Source of the DNA: Candidatus Saccharimonadota bacterium
GTDB taxonomy: Bacteria; Patescibacteriota; Saccharimonadia; Saccharimonadales; UBA4665
Reading direction: 5' to 3'
NCBI GenBank assembly: GCA_016700375.1
Contig: CP065016.1
Location: 420,001 to 452,000, forward strand
DNA: 32,000 nucleotides
The notes below the pieces were generated by a model. The model worked only from the letters and a program-made list of their open reading frames with translations. It was not told the origin of the DNA and did no database searches. Shown in pieces: positions 15,496 to 23,767 of this stretch (position 1 is its first letter; each line of letters begins with the position of its first letter). The position numbers were made by a program, and so were the translations under genes.

Positions 15496-15923
15496 GATTG
15501 CACGTTGTTACTATTGGCAAACCAAAGCTAGAATATGCAAAGCATGGCTGGGAAGAATATTTTGCGCGCTTACAACGGCTACATACCGTACGCGTAACGC
15601 ATATTGCTGATAAATACGCCAACGACTCAAAACACATCCTGGGTGAAATAAAGGGTACTGTACCGGTGGTGCTGGAAATAAATGGGGTGGAATACACGAG
15701 CGAAAAGCTAGCAGATTTTTTACGAGCGCGTGAGCTTGAAAGTAGGGAAGTTAGCTTTATCATCGGCGGGCCAGAGGGGCTACCGCAAGCAGTACGTGAC
15801 GCCGCCGATTACCAGTGGTCGCTCGGCCGTCTGACGCTCCCGCACGACCTCGCTATGGTAGTGACGCTCGAAGCCCTCTACCGCGCCAGCACCATCAAGG
15901 CCGGCCTGCCGTACCATAAGTAA
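15492..15923 (+). CDS. rlmH: 23S rRNA (pseudouridine1915-N3)-methyltransferase RlmH (SPOUT)
   Basis: 143 aa. MRLHVVTIGKPK...FIIGGPEGLP...SLGRLTLPHDLAMVVTLEALYRA...PYHK is typical of RlmH. It overlaps the previous gene by 4 nt. Confidence 0.93.
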   Translation: MRLHVVTIGKPKLEYAKHGWEEYFARLQRLHTVRVTHIADKYANDSKHILGEIKGTVPVVLEINGVEYTSEKLADFLRARELESREVSFIIGGPEGLPQAVRDAADYQWSLGRLTLPHDLAMVVTLEALYRASTIKAGLPYHK

Positions 15924-15946
15924 ACGCCCACTTTTCGGTGAGCGTT

Positions 15947-15972
15947 TACTTTGGTGACCCCAAGAAGAATAC
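15947..15972 (-). pseudogene. duplicated fragment of the tRNA-Glu 3' end plus its flank
   Basis: ACTTTGGTGACCCCAAGAAGAAT at 15947-15969 matches ACTTGGTGACCCCAAGGAGAAT at 16118-16139 (one indel, one substitution). A second T-arm-like fragment ATCGAACTCCCATTGC lies near 16028-16043. Confidence 0.6.
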
Positions 15973-16085
15973 TTTGTATATTTTTGCGGCGTGCTCGGAG
16001 CTTTAGCTCCTGCGCGCGTCCTCGATTATCGAACTCCCATTCGCTTCGCTCATTCTTTGGAGTTCGCTTCAGCCTGAAGAAACCA

Positions 16086-16120
16086 AGTAAAAACCCCAGC
16101 CTTTGGCTGAGGTTTTTACT
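16086..16120. terminator. bidirectional intrinsic-terminator-type hairpin abutting the tRNA-Glu 3' end
   Basis: AGTAAAAACCCCAGCC-ttt-GGCTGAGGTTTTTACT forms a ~16-bp stem with one mismatch. An A-tract lies on one side and a T-tract on the other. Confidence 0.6.
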
Positions 16121-16195
16121 TGGTGACCCCAAGGAGAATCGAACTCCTATTGCCGGGATGAGAACCCGATTTCCTAACCGTTAGAAGATGGGGCC
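16121..16195 (-). tRNA. tRNA-Glu (anticodon CUC), CCA encoded
   Basis: The reverse complement GGCCCCA TC TTCT AACGGTT AGGA AA TCGGG TTCTCAT CCCGG CAAT AGGAG TTCGATT CTCCT TGGGGTC A CCA folds as a cloverleaf. The 7-bp acceptor stem has one G-U pair, the T-loop is TTCGATT and the anticodon loop is TT-CTC-AT. Confidence 0.9.
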
Positions 16196-16291
16196 TGGTC
16201 GCGCATATGCGCTCCAATTAGCAATTATCGTTGCACAATTACCAATTTAGCTACAACAGGTTACCATATCTGGCGGTCTTCGTCCAGATAG

Positions 16292-17722
16292 ATGCTGGCA
16301 AATACCTTGCTTTTTACAGGGAAAAAACAGATACTAATACGTAAGCAGTTTATGAACCAATATTTGATTCTCGGTGGTGGGGTTGTTGTCGTTATCTTGC
16401 TCGGTGCGCTGGGCTGGATACTGGCCATTAAACGCAAAGGAATTGGTGCGGCCGTCAGCGGAAAGTTGGCCAGCTCACTCAGGGATGAAAAGGCAAAATC
16501 AGATATCATTCTGGGCGCCATACAGGACGGCGTGGTGCTCATAGACGACCAACAGGTTATTCGACACTTCAACCAAGGCGCAACCAATATAACTGGCTGG
16601 TCGAAGCAAGAGGCTGAAGGACTCGACTGGCATCTTGTATTCAAATTTACAAATGCAAAGGGTGAAACAGCCCCAGCCGAACAAACCCCTCTCGCCAAAG
16701 CGTTTACCAGCGGTGAAGCAGTGCGAGACAACACAATCAGTCTTAGTACAAAGGCTGCCACCACCGTTGCTGCTACATTCAGCGTGGCACCCCTAGTCGA
16801 TACCGCAAAACATACAACTGGGCTAGTGGCTGTATTCCGTGACGTCAGCGAGGAGCGAGCAGAAGAAAACCAACGAGCAGAGTTTATTAGCACCGCTAGC
16901 CACGAAATGCGCACGCCGGTGGCGGCTATTGAAGGCTATTTGAGCCTCGCGCTGAACGAAAAAGTTGCCACCATAGACAACCGGGCCCGCGACTACCTCG
17001 AAAAAGCTCATAGCAGCACCAAACACCTGGGCCAGCTGTTTCAAGACCTTCTCACGAGTGCCAAGGCCGAAGATGGCCGACTTACCAATCACCCGAAAGT
17101 GGTAGAAATGGGCGCATTCCTCGAACAACTTGCTCAAGACCTTCGGTTCTCCGCCGAGAAAAAAGGCCTCTTTATGGAGTTCTTGTTTGGCAATTCAGAA
17201 ATAAAAGATGCCAGCGGAGGCGGTGGTGGCGAAGCGCGAGACATGAATAAAGTAATACGGCCGCTGTACTACGCCCAGGTTGACCCAGACCGCATGCGCG
17301 AGGTCATAACCAACATTTTTGACAACGGCTGCAAATATACAGAGGAGGGCAAGGTTAGCCTTGGACTTACCGGTAACGATGGAGTTGTGCAAATCTACGT
17401 TCGTGATACAGGTGCAGGCATACCGCCAGAAGACATTGCACACTTGTTCCAGAAATTTTACCGTGTTGATAACAGCGCCACCCGTACTATAGGTGGCACT
17501 GGTCTTGGTTTGTTCATTTGCCGAAAAATTGTAGAGCTGTATCAGGGAAGAATATGGGTTGAAAGCGAACTTGGCAAGGGCAGTACATTTTACATTAATA
17601 TACCGCGTCTAACCTCGAAAAAAGCAGAAGAACTTATGGCAGCTGAGGCGTCAAATCCACTTAGCACTACCACTGTCACACCATCAGCCCCTTCACCAGT
17701 ATCGACATCGGCGCCAGCATGA
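16292..17722 (+). CDS. PAS-domain sensor histidine kinase
   Basis: TM helix (YLILGGGVVVVILLGALGWILAI), a PAS-like segment, an H-box (ASHEMRTPVAAIEGY), an N-box (DNGCKYT), G1 (RDTGAGI) and G2 (GGTGLGLFICRKIV). The likely true start is ATG 16352 (MNQYLIL...). Confidence 0.92.
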   Translation: MLANTLLFTGKKQILIRKQFMNQYLILGGGVVVVILLGALGWILAIKRKGIGAAVSGKLASSLRDEKAKSDIILGAIQDGVVLIDDQQVIRHFNQGATNITGWSKQEAEGLDWHLVFKFTNAKGETAPAEQTPLAKAFTSGEAVRDNTISLSTKAATTVAATFSVAPLVDTAKHTTGLVAVFRDVSEERAEENQRAEFISTASHEMRTPVAAIEGYLSLALNEKVATIDNRARDYLEKAHSSTKHLGQLFQDLLTSAKAEDGRLTNHPKVVEMGAFLEQLAQDLRFSAEKKGLFMEFLFGNSEIKDASGGGGGEARDMNKVIRPLYYAQVDPDRMREVITNIFDNGCKYTEEGKVSLGLTGNDGVVQIYVRDTGAGIPPEDIAHLFQKFYRVDNSATRTIGGTGLGLFICRKIVELYQGRIWVESELGKGSTFYINIPRLTSKKAEELMAAEASNPLSTTTVTPSAPSPVSTSAPA

Positions 17723-17745
17723 TATACTTTCACATATAAACATAA

Positions 17746-19278
17746 GTGTTTTCACGCATAAAGGCAGCAACCGTGGCAAAACTACTTCTCGTCGAAGACG
17801 ACAACAACCTAAGAGAAATATATCAAGCGCGACTAAGCGCTGAGGGCTACGATATCGTAGCCGCACAAAACGGAGAAGAAGCGCTCTCTATTGCAAAGCA
17901 GCACCGACCCGACCTCATTATTTCTGATGTTATGATGCCGCGTATAAGCGGTTTCGAAATGCTCGACATCTTGCGTGCGACACCAGAGCTCGCAAACACG
18001 AAGGTCATTATGCTTACCGCGCTTGGACAGGCAGAGGACCAAGCGCGCGCCGGTAAGCTTGGTGCGGATAAGTACCTTGTAAAATCTCAGGTCACCCTCG
18101 AAGATATTGTGAATTGTGCTAGCGATTTACTTAGCGGAACAACAATAGTTAGCCCTAATCCAGACCAACCCGCAGACCCTACCGCATCCTCTAATCCGGC
18201 AATAGTAGCTGCGGACCAATCTGTTGCGCCAGTCGCAAACCAAAGCACGGCCACAACTCCCATACCTACGCCTCAACAACCACTGCCAACCGCAGTTCCT
18301 GTACCTAGTACAGCCACCGCTCCAGTAGATCCTGCGACCCCCGCTCCGCAAATGCCACCCCCCGACGCTCCTCTCGGTCAACCGGCCGTGCCCGCGGTTG
18401 TGACTACCGTGCAGGACCCAGACCCGCTTACGCCTCCGGTCGTACCTGCTGCCGCACCGCCAGCTCCGACCCCTGAACCAGTTCCGATTGTTACCCATAA
18501 AAGTGGCCTGATGAGCAGCTCAGACATAACGACACCAGACTCAACACAAGACGTAACCGAAAACCCTGGACCAGTCACAGCAACACCACCGACACCCCCC
18601 GAAAACCAACCCGCGACTGCCCCCACAGACCCAAGCACACCAGCTGAACAGCAAAGCCTAGCCGCAGAAGAGGCCAATATAGAGTCTCAGATTGCTGCAT
18701 TTGCAAATTCGCAGGCCAACGTTCCTGTTGCCCCTGCAGTACCTAGCACGGATGCTGTCGACATTACAGCTTCAAATGAAACAACCCTCGCAACGGCTGT
18801 CAATGATTTAGCTGCTGCCGTAAATGAACCACCCGTTTTGGCGGTTCCACCGAGTGAGAGGGTGGTACCGGGCGAAGAGCTGCCAGTTACTACAAACACC
18901 CAGGCGCAAGAACCAGCCGTCGTAGCGTCACCCGAAATTGCAAGCACAGAACCAACTATCCCAGATGAAGCAGTACCGTCAAACGCCTCAGAAGGTTCCC
19001 TGCAAAATACTTCGTCAGAGAATACAGCTACTCCTGCTGCCGCAGTATCGGATGAATCGGACCAGGTTAATGTAGCAGGCAAAAAGGTGATTGCGCCCAT
19101 AAACGACATCACCAAAGGGCCCAACCTAGACGAACTCCTCGCGAAAGAAGTTGCGAAAGAAGAAGCAGCAGCAGGTGTACCGTCGACTACCGTTCCCGCA
19201 CCTACTGCCCCAGCCCCAGCTCAACCCGACGCCACAACCCCACCGGCAGGCGACGACCCAAACAGCATAGCCCTGTAG
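17746..19278 (+). CDS. response-regulator receiver domain fused to a ~390-aa Pro/Ala/Thr-rich low-complexity tail
   Basis: The receiver is LLLVEDDNNLREIY...DLIISDVMMPRISG...KYLVKSQ. The rest is PAT-rich (PVPSTATAPVDPATPAPQMPPPDAP...) with no recognisable output domain. An alternative GTG start lies at 17773. Confidence 0.85.
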   Translation: MFSRIKAATVAKLLLVEDDNNLREIYQARLSAEGYDIVAAQNGEEALSIAKQHRPDLIISDVMMPRISGFEMLDILRATPELANTKVIMLTALGQAEDQARAGKLGADKYLVKSQVTLEDIVNCASDLLSGTTIVSPNPDQPADPTASSNPAIVAADQSVAPVANQSTATTPIPTPQQPLPTAVPVPSTATAPVDPATPAPQMPPPDAPLGQPAVPAVVTTVQDPDPLTPPVVPAAAPPAPTPEPVPIVTHKSGLMSSSDITTPDSTQDVTENPGPVTATPPTPPENQPATAPTDPSTPAEQQSLAAEEANIESQIAAFANSQANVPVAPAVPSTDAVDITASNETTLATAVNDLAAAVNEPPVLAVPPSERVVPGEELPVTTNTQAQEPAVVASPEIASTEPTIPDEAVPSNASEGSLQNTSSENTATPAAAVSDESDQVNVAGKKVIAPINDITKGPNLDELLAKEVAKEEAAAGVPSTTVPAPTAPAPAQPDATTPPAGDDPNSIAL

Positions 19279-19376
19279 TTGCCTCAAGCTAACCATACGA
19301 CAATTTCGTGCCAAATGGCGGCTACCTAATAGGGGCAGTCATTGCTTCCTTCGGGATTGGCAGCTACCATAGACAT

Positions 19377-20159
19377 ATGCGCCTCAACAAATATATTGCT
19401 TCCGCCTCGCTACTAAGCCGACGAGCGGCCGACCAAGCCATTGCCGACAGACGCGTTACCCTAAATGGCCAGATAACCGAAGCCGGCTCCCAGGTGAAAC
19501 CAACAGATACGGTTTGCCTCGACGGGGTGAAATTGACGCCTTGCATGCAGCACACAACCATTATGCTCAATAAGCCAGTCGGATATGTTTGTTCGCGGAG
19601 CGGCCAGGGAAGCAAAACTATTTTTGAACTCCTGCCCGAAGCATACCAGCATTTGCAGCCAGTCGGACGGCTCGACAAAGATTCGTCTGGGCTATTGCTA
19701 CTAACCGACGACGGCGACCTTGCAAACCAGCTCACCCACCCTAGCCGCGGCAAGGTCAAAGTATATGAAGTCACTCTCAACAAGCCCCTCCAGCCACTCC
19801 ACCAGCAAATGATATCTGACTACGGCATCACCCTCAAAGACGGTTTGAGCCGATTCACGGTCACGAAACTAGAGACAAGAGACATGAGATATGAGTCAAG
19901 AAAGGAAAACATATCACGCAGCAATTATTCAAAAGTCGGTTCCAGCGATGTATCATCCACTCATGACTCAGTACTCATGACTCATGACTCTCATACGTAC
20001 GAAGTACGCATGCAAGAAGGCCGCAACCGCCAAATCCGCCGCACGTTCGCCGCCCTCGGCTACACTGTTACCACCCTCCACCGAACCCACTTTGGCTCAT
20101 ATAATCTTGGCAATGCACTGCCAAAAGATATCGTCATCATACACTCGACGGACATGTGA
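19377..20159 (+). CDS. RsuA/RluB-family rRNA pseudouridine synthase (S4 domain plus catalytic domain) with an in-frame repeat insertion
   Basis: MRLNKYIASASLLSRRAADQAI (S4), the catalytic GRLDKDSSGLLLLTDDG motif, and EGRNRQIRRTFAALG. The start is set at ATG 19377; the ORF-track start 19308 adds 23 non-conserved residues. Confidence 0.88.
   Translation: MRLNKYIASASLLSRRAADQAIADRRVTLNGQITEAGSQVKPTDTVCLDGVKLTPCMQHTTIMLNKPVGYVCSRSGQGSKTIFELLPEAYQHLQPVGRLDKDSSGLLLLTDDGDLANQLTHPSRGKVKVYEVTLNKPLQPLHQQMISDYGITLKDGLSRFTVTKLETRDMRYESRKENISRSNYSKVGSSDVSSTHDSVLMTHDSHTYEVRMQEGRNRQIRRTFAALGYTVTTLHRTHFGSYNLGNALPKDIVIIHSTDM
19868..19996 (+). repeat. family A heptamer-armed hairpin element, in-frame copy in the pseudouridine synthase gene
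   Basis: The left arm is GAGACAA GAGACAT GAGATAT GAGTCAA. The core TTCAAAAGTCGGTTCCAGCGATG is homologous to CTCAAAAAGTCGCCTCCGGCGAC. The right arm is ACTCATG ACTCAGT ACTCATG ACTCATG ACTCTCA. Confidence 0.8.
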
Positions 20160-20508
20160 ATCACACCTTCATCAGCCTTGTCCGGGAGCGATTTCTGAGC
20201 AGCTTAAATATCTGAAGGGAAGAAGAGACTAAACTGGACTTACGCAAAATCGCACTGCATCCAGAGTCATTATCCAGTGATGCAGAAGAAAGTTTATCTG
20301 GAGGAGGAGTAGCCGGAGCTACTTTTGGCGAGAGAAAACAGTCTTGTCAGCGCTAGAGATAAAGCCTGGTGTGGTCGGAGTTTCGCTTAAGTCTAGTAAA
20401 GCTCCACTTACGACATGAAGGGAGACTTATGGACACACTTGGCGCAACCAGGGTCATGAAAGTTGCCAGGTAAGGTAAGTCGAGTAGATTGTTTACGCGC
20501 CAATACAG

Positions 20509-21702
20509 CTAGGGATTCTTGGTAAAACTCGTCAGACTTATTGGCGTAGTGGCAAGAGCATTATCGTCGCCAACACCAGCCATACCACCACCCATCGGAC
20601 TTGTCGGTAGTTTGATTACCTGACCACTACGAATAATGTCTGGGTTATCGATGTTATTTGCCTTTGCAATCTCCCTATAATCAAGACCACGGCGTTGTGC
20701 TATTTCACTTAATGTATCACCCTTCACTACAACGTAATCCTGTACTCCGTCTGAGCCAGCCGTGCCTGGAGCGGCGCCACCGAGAGAGTTCGGCAATTTG
20801 ATAGCTTGGTCTGGAAAGATTAAATCTGGATTCTGAATATTATTCAATCTTACTAGCTCCTCTACGGTCGTACCATGCCGTAGCGCAATCTTGCTTAGAG
20901 TGTCACCAGGTCTGACAGTTTCCACACGACCAACATCACCTGGAGTGGGCGAGTCGTCAGAACTGGGCTTGGAGCCACCACCGGGGTTAGAGGTTATAGC
21001 ATCACCTAATTCAACATGCGAGTCAATGCCATGCTGTGCGGCTGCCGCTTGACTTGCAAGCTTACGATCTTCGCGGCTGTTGTTAAGGTCGTTCTGGGCA
21101 ATGCTTGCTTGGTTCGCAAGCTTACGATCTTCAATCGAATTGTATTGAGAATTGGTTTGAGCCTGCTGGGCAGCCTGTGCGGCTGCCGCTTGACTTGCAA
21201 GCTTACGATCTTCGCGGCTGTTGTTAAGGTCGTTCTGAGCAATGCTTGCTTGGTTCGCAAGCTTACGATCTTCAATCGAATTGTATTGAGTGTTAAGCTG
21301 CGCGGCAGCAGCGGCTTCCTCAGCTTGCTTAGCTGCAAAAGCTCTCTCTTGTTGACGCTGTTTAGCGGCTGCGGCCTGTGCAGCTGCGGCCTGTGCAGCA
21401 GCGGCTTCCTCAGCTTGCTTAGCTGCAAAAGCTCTCTCTTGTTGACGCTGTCTCGCCACTGCAGCCTGTGCAGCCTGTGCAGCTGCGGCCTCTGCGGCTG
21501 CGGCCTGTGCGGCAGCGGCTTGCTTAGCTGCAAAAGCTCTCTCTTGTTGACGCTGTTTAGCGGCTGCGGCCTGTGCAGCTGCGGCCTGTGCAGCAGCGGC
21601 TTGGTTTTTCAATCGATTCTCTTCAACATCATTAGAGTAGCTATATGAGCTGCTACTACCGCCATCATCCGCTGCTCGCACCATACCTCTCGCCTCCTTC
21701 AT
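20509..21702 (-). CDS. LysM-domain protein with an Ala/Gln-rich repetitive N-terminal region
   Basis: Two C-terminal LysM motifs (GDTLSKIALRHGTTVEELVRLNNIQNPDLIFPDQAIKLP and GDTLSEIAQRRGLDYREIAKANNIDNPDIIRSGQVIKLP). The probable true start is M7 at 21684, preceded by AAGGAGG. Confidence 0.85.
   Translation of the reverse strand: MKEARGMVRAADDGGSSSSYSYSNDVEENRLKNQAAAAQAAAAQAAAAKQRQQERAFAAKQAAAAQAAAAEAAAAQAAQAAVARQRQQERAFAAKQAEEAAAAQAAAAQAAAAKQRQQERAFAAKQAEEAAAAAQLNTQYNSIEDRKLANQASIAQNDLNNSREDRKLASQAAAAQAAQQAQTNSQYNSIEDRKLANQASIAQNDLNNSREDRKLASQAAAAQHGIDSHVELGDAITSNPGGGSKPSSDDSPTPGDVGRVETVRPGDTLSKIALRHGTTVEELVRLNNIQNPDLIFPDQAIKLPNSLGGAAPGTAGSDGVQDYVVVKGDTLSEIAQRRGLDYREIAKANNIDNPDIIRSGQVIKLPTSPMGGGMAGVGDDNALATTPISLTSFTKNP
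21041..21600. repeat. intragenic tandem repeats in the LysM gene (141-bp unit x2; ~90-105-bp AAAQAAAAKQRQQERAFAAKQ unit x3)
   Basis: GCTGCCGCTTGACTTGCAAGCTTACGATCTTCGCGG... recurs at 21041 and 21182. GCTTAGCTGCAAAAGCTCTCTCTTGTTGACGCTG recurs three times between 21325 and 21555. Confidence 0.8.
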
Positions 21703-21798
21703 TAGATACTTATTTTTCTAATACAATATTTTTACCATATGCAATATGACTATACTACGCAACTATACTACGCAACATATCCCTCGTCAAATCTATTA

Positions 21799-22706
21799 AA
21801 CCTGAATCACGAAACTCCCTAAAGTAAATCGCGCCTCTGTTACTCTTGTAGTGGTAAAACAAACAGGAGAAAACAAATGCGCGAATTACAAAAACAGCAT
21901 ATCGTAGACGTGTACGTTTGGGTAGATGACACACTCCAACAAACCGCAGTCGGGAAAACTGGCAGGCCACCGGTACTGCGCGACAGTGAACTCATTACCA
22001 TCCTCATCTGGGATGGTTTGACTGAAAGCCACCGACCACTCAAAGACCTATACAAATGGATTGAACGAGACTACCCAGACTACTTTCCGAAGCTTCCAAA
22101 GTACCAGAACTTTGTTGCGCAAGCGCACCGCAACCTAGAACAACTCGTCTACCTGCTACAACTGACATTACAGATCTCGTCGGAGGTGCGTTTCGCGGAT
22201 TCTACTATGCTGCCCGTCTGTAAGCTCATTCGGGCCGAGCGACACAAGGTAGCCAAAGCTGTTGCTGCTTTCGGTAAGAACTGGCAGGGCTACCATTATG
22301 GTTTTAAGTTACACGCGAGTGTTGATCATCTCAACCGGCTCTGTGCGGTGGTGTTTACGCCAGCAGACCAGCACGACAATCAGGCCGAGGAACAACTTGC
22401 AAATGAACACACCAGGATACTCGTTGGCGACAGCCACTACGGTGGTAGCGTACAGCGTAGGCGGCTCTGGGAACAGTACAAAACTATTGTTGTTGCACCG
22501 CCCCATTACAAGCAACGAAAACAAGTCATGGCCAGCTGGCAACATCTGTTATTGACGCTCAGGCCAAAGATTGAAGCTGTCTTTGACTACCTCAAAGAGC
22601 ACAAGCACCTCGTCACCTCATTCCCGAGAAGTGTGCAGGGGTACTTTGTCCATTATCTACGAGTCTTACTTGGCTACCAGATGAGGGTAGTTTCGTGATT
22701 CAGGTT
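21799..22706 (+). mobile_element. IS982-family insertion sequence (~908 bp)
   Basis: 18-bp perfect terminal inverted repeats: AACCTGAATCACGAAACT at 21799-21816 and AGTTTCGTGATTCAGGTT at 22689-22706. They enclose a single transposase ORF. Confidence 0.85.
21877..22698 (+). CDS. IS982-family DDE transposase
   Basis: 273 aa. VWVDDTL, SDSELITILI, ADSTMLPVCKLIRAERHK, YGFKLHA, TPADQHDN, LVGDSHYGG and KIEAVFDYLK parallel the conserved IS982 transposase blocks. Confidence 0.85.
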   Translation: MRELQKQHIVDVYVWVDDTLQQTAVGKTGRPPVLRDSELITILIWDGLTESHRPLKDLYKWIERDYPDYFPKLPKYQNFVAQAHRNLEQLVYLLQLTLQISSEVRFADSTMLPVCKLIRAERHKVAKAVAAFGKNWQGYHYGFKLHASVDHLNRLCAVVFTPADQHDNQAEEQLANEHTRILVGDSHYGGSVQRRRLWEQYKTIVVAPPHYKQRKQVMASWQHLLLTLRPKIEAVFDYLKEHKHLVTSFPRSVQGYFVHYLRVLLGYQMRVVS

Positions 22707-22728
22707 ATTAATAAACGGGGCTGTTTTG

Positions 22729-23767
22729 TACTAAGCCCCAATTGTCCAGACACTTAGACATGAGTTACTGTTCCTTTCCATACCGCTTCATAGTGCTCCA
22801 TTGGCGGCAGGTTATTGCAGCTGCTATGCCGTCTCACGCGATTGTATTCGTTCTGCCATAGTTTCATTGCTTCGTTGAACGCGACGACATCAAGCTCGGT
22901 CGTTTTGGTGACGTGGTAAAACTCTTCTTCGTCTGTCCGATGGCTCCGCTCGACAAAACCATTATGTTGGGGTGTACCCGGTCGGGATAGCTTGTGCTCG
23001 ATGCCCCGGTCGAGCAGGTACTGCGTGAACGGGTGGATACGTCTGAGCTCATGGTCACGCTTTTTGTTACCGCCAGTAGACAAATTGGTGAACGTGGAGT
23101 GGTTATCTGTCTGGACACATTCCACCGTAATACCAATCGATTCGTAGAACGCCAGGGCTTCACGCACAAAGGCGATTGAGTTGCTATTCGACAAGCCATC
23201 CTTGACCGCCAGGTACCGGATCTTGCTGACAATGTCTATCGCTGTAAACTGCTGTCTCCGACTCCGTCGTTTATCTTCGTCCGGACGAACCGGTGCAGCC
23301 TTAGTGTCAATCTGCACTCGGTAGCCTGGATAGGGCGCGTAGAACGGTCTCGTTGGCTTTTTCTTTGGATGTTTCTGGTGCTTTACGAGGTCGGCTCGTT
23401 CAATAATGCCGCGGACAGCTTTCTCGCCAATGGATATTCCAGAGTCACTCATCTCATCGACGATTCGCTTCGGGCCATAGGATAGTCCCAGCCTGATTTG
23501 TAGCACCAAATCCTCAATGTCTTCATTCGTCTGCCAGGATACCCTGCCTTTTGGTCCAGGCTTCTGCGGGAACAGTTCGATCCGCCAAGCATAGATAGTA
23601 TCCCGATGGATCCCAAACATTCGGGCAGCGATTGCCGCGCCTTTCGCATCGGCTTCAGTTAACACTCGTTTACGATAGGCAATAACTTGATGTCGGGTTA
23701 GGTTCTTCTTCATACACATATGCCCCAATTCTACACACCGAGGTGTCGGAGGGATTGGGGCTTAGTA
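22729..23767 (-). mobile_element. IS481-like (rve/integrase-core) insertion sequence (~1039 bp)
   Basis: 14-bp inverted repeats: TACTAAGCCCCAAT at 22729-22742 and ATTGGGGCTTAGTA at 23754-23767. A 16-bp direct repeat ATAAACGGGGCTGTTT flanks the element (22711-22726 and 23769-23784). Confidence 0.8.
22754..23728 (-). CDS. IS481-like transposase (N-terminal HTH plus DDE integrase core)
   Basis: 324 aa. HTH (AIAARMFGIHRDTIYAWR), then a DDE core (VQIDTK..., QTDNHSTF, RPGTPQHNGFVERSHRTDEEEF). Confidence 0.85.
   Translation of the reverse strand: MGHMCMKKNLTRHQVIAYRKRVLTEADAKGAAIAARMFGIHRDTIYAWRIELFPQKPGPKGRVSWQTNEDIEDLVLQIRLGLSYGPKRIVDEMSDSGISIGEKAVRGIIERADLVKHQKHPKKKPTRPFYAPYPGYRVQIDTKAAPVRPDEDKRRSRRQQFTAIDIVSKIRYLAVKDGLSNSNSIAFVREALAFYESIGITVECVQTDNHSTFTNLSTGGNKKRDHELRRIHPFTQYLLDRGIEHKLSRPGTPQHNGFVERSHRTDEEEFYHVTKTTELDVVAFNEAMKLWQNEYNRVRRHSSCNNLPPMEHYEAVWKGTVTHV

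Noticed and set aside
16201-16212. 12-bp perfect palindrome GCGCATATGCGC just upstream of tRNA-Glu
   Set aside because: It is a single occurrence in the window. It could be a regulator site or chance, and there is too little evidence to call a feature.
16261-17443. Antisense ORFs within the histidine-kinase gene (217, 104 and 82 aa)
   Set aside because: They are shadow ORFs opposite a motif-rich CDS, with no SD or recognisable domains.
18127-19314. Antisense and alternate-frame ORFs in the PAT-rich tail of the response regulator
   Set aside because: Low-complexity GC-rich repeats keep several frames open. The products (Gly/Arg/Trp-rich) look non-biological.
21006-21648. 175-aa and 210-aa alternate-frame ORFs in the LysM gene repeat region
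   Set aside because: They arise from the repetitive GCN-rich DNA. Only the frame ending in two LysM domains has recognisable protein features.
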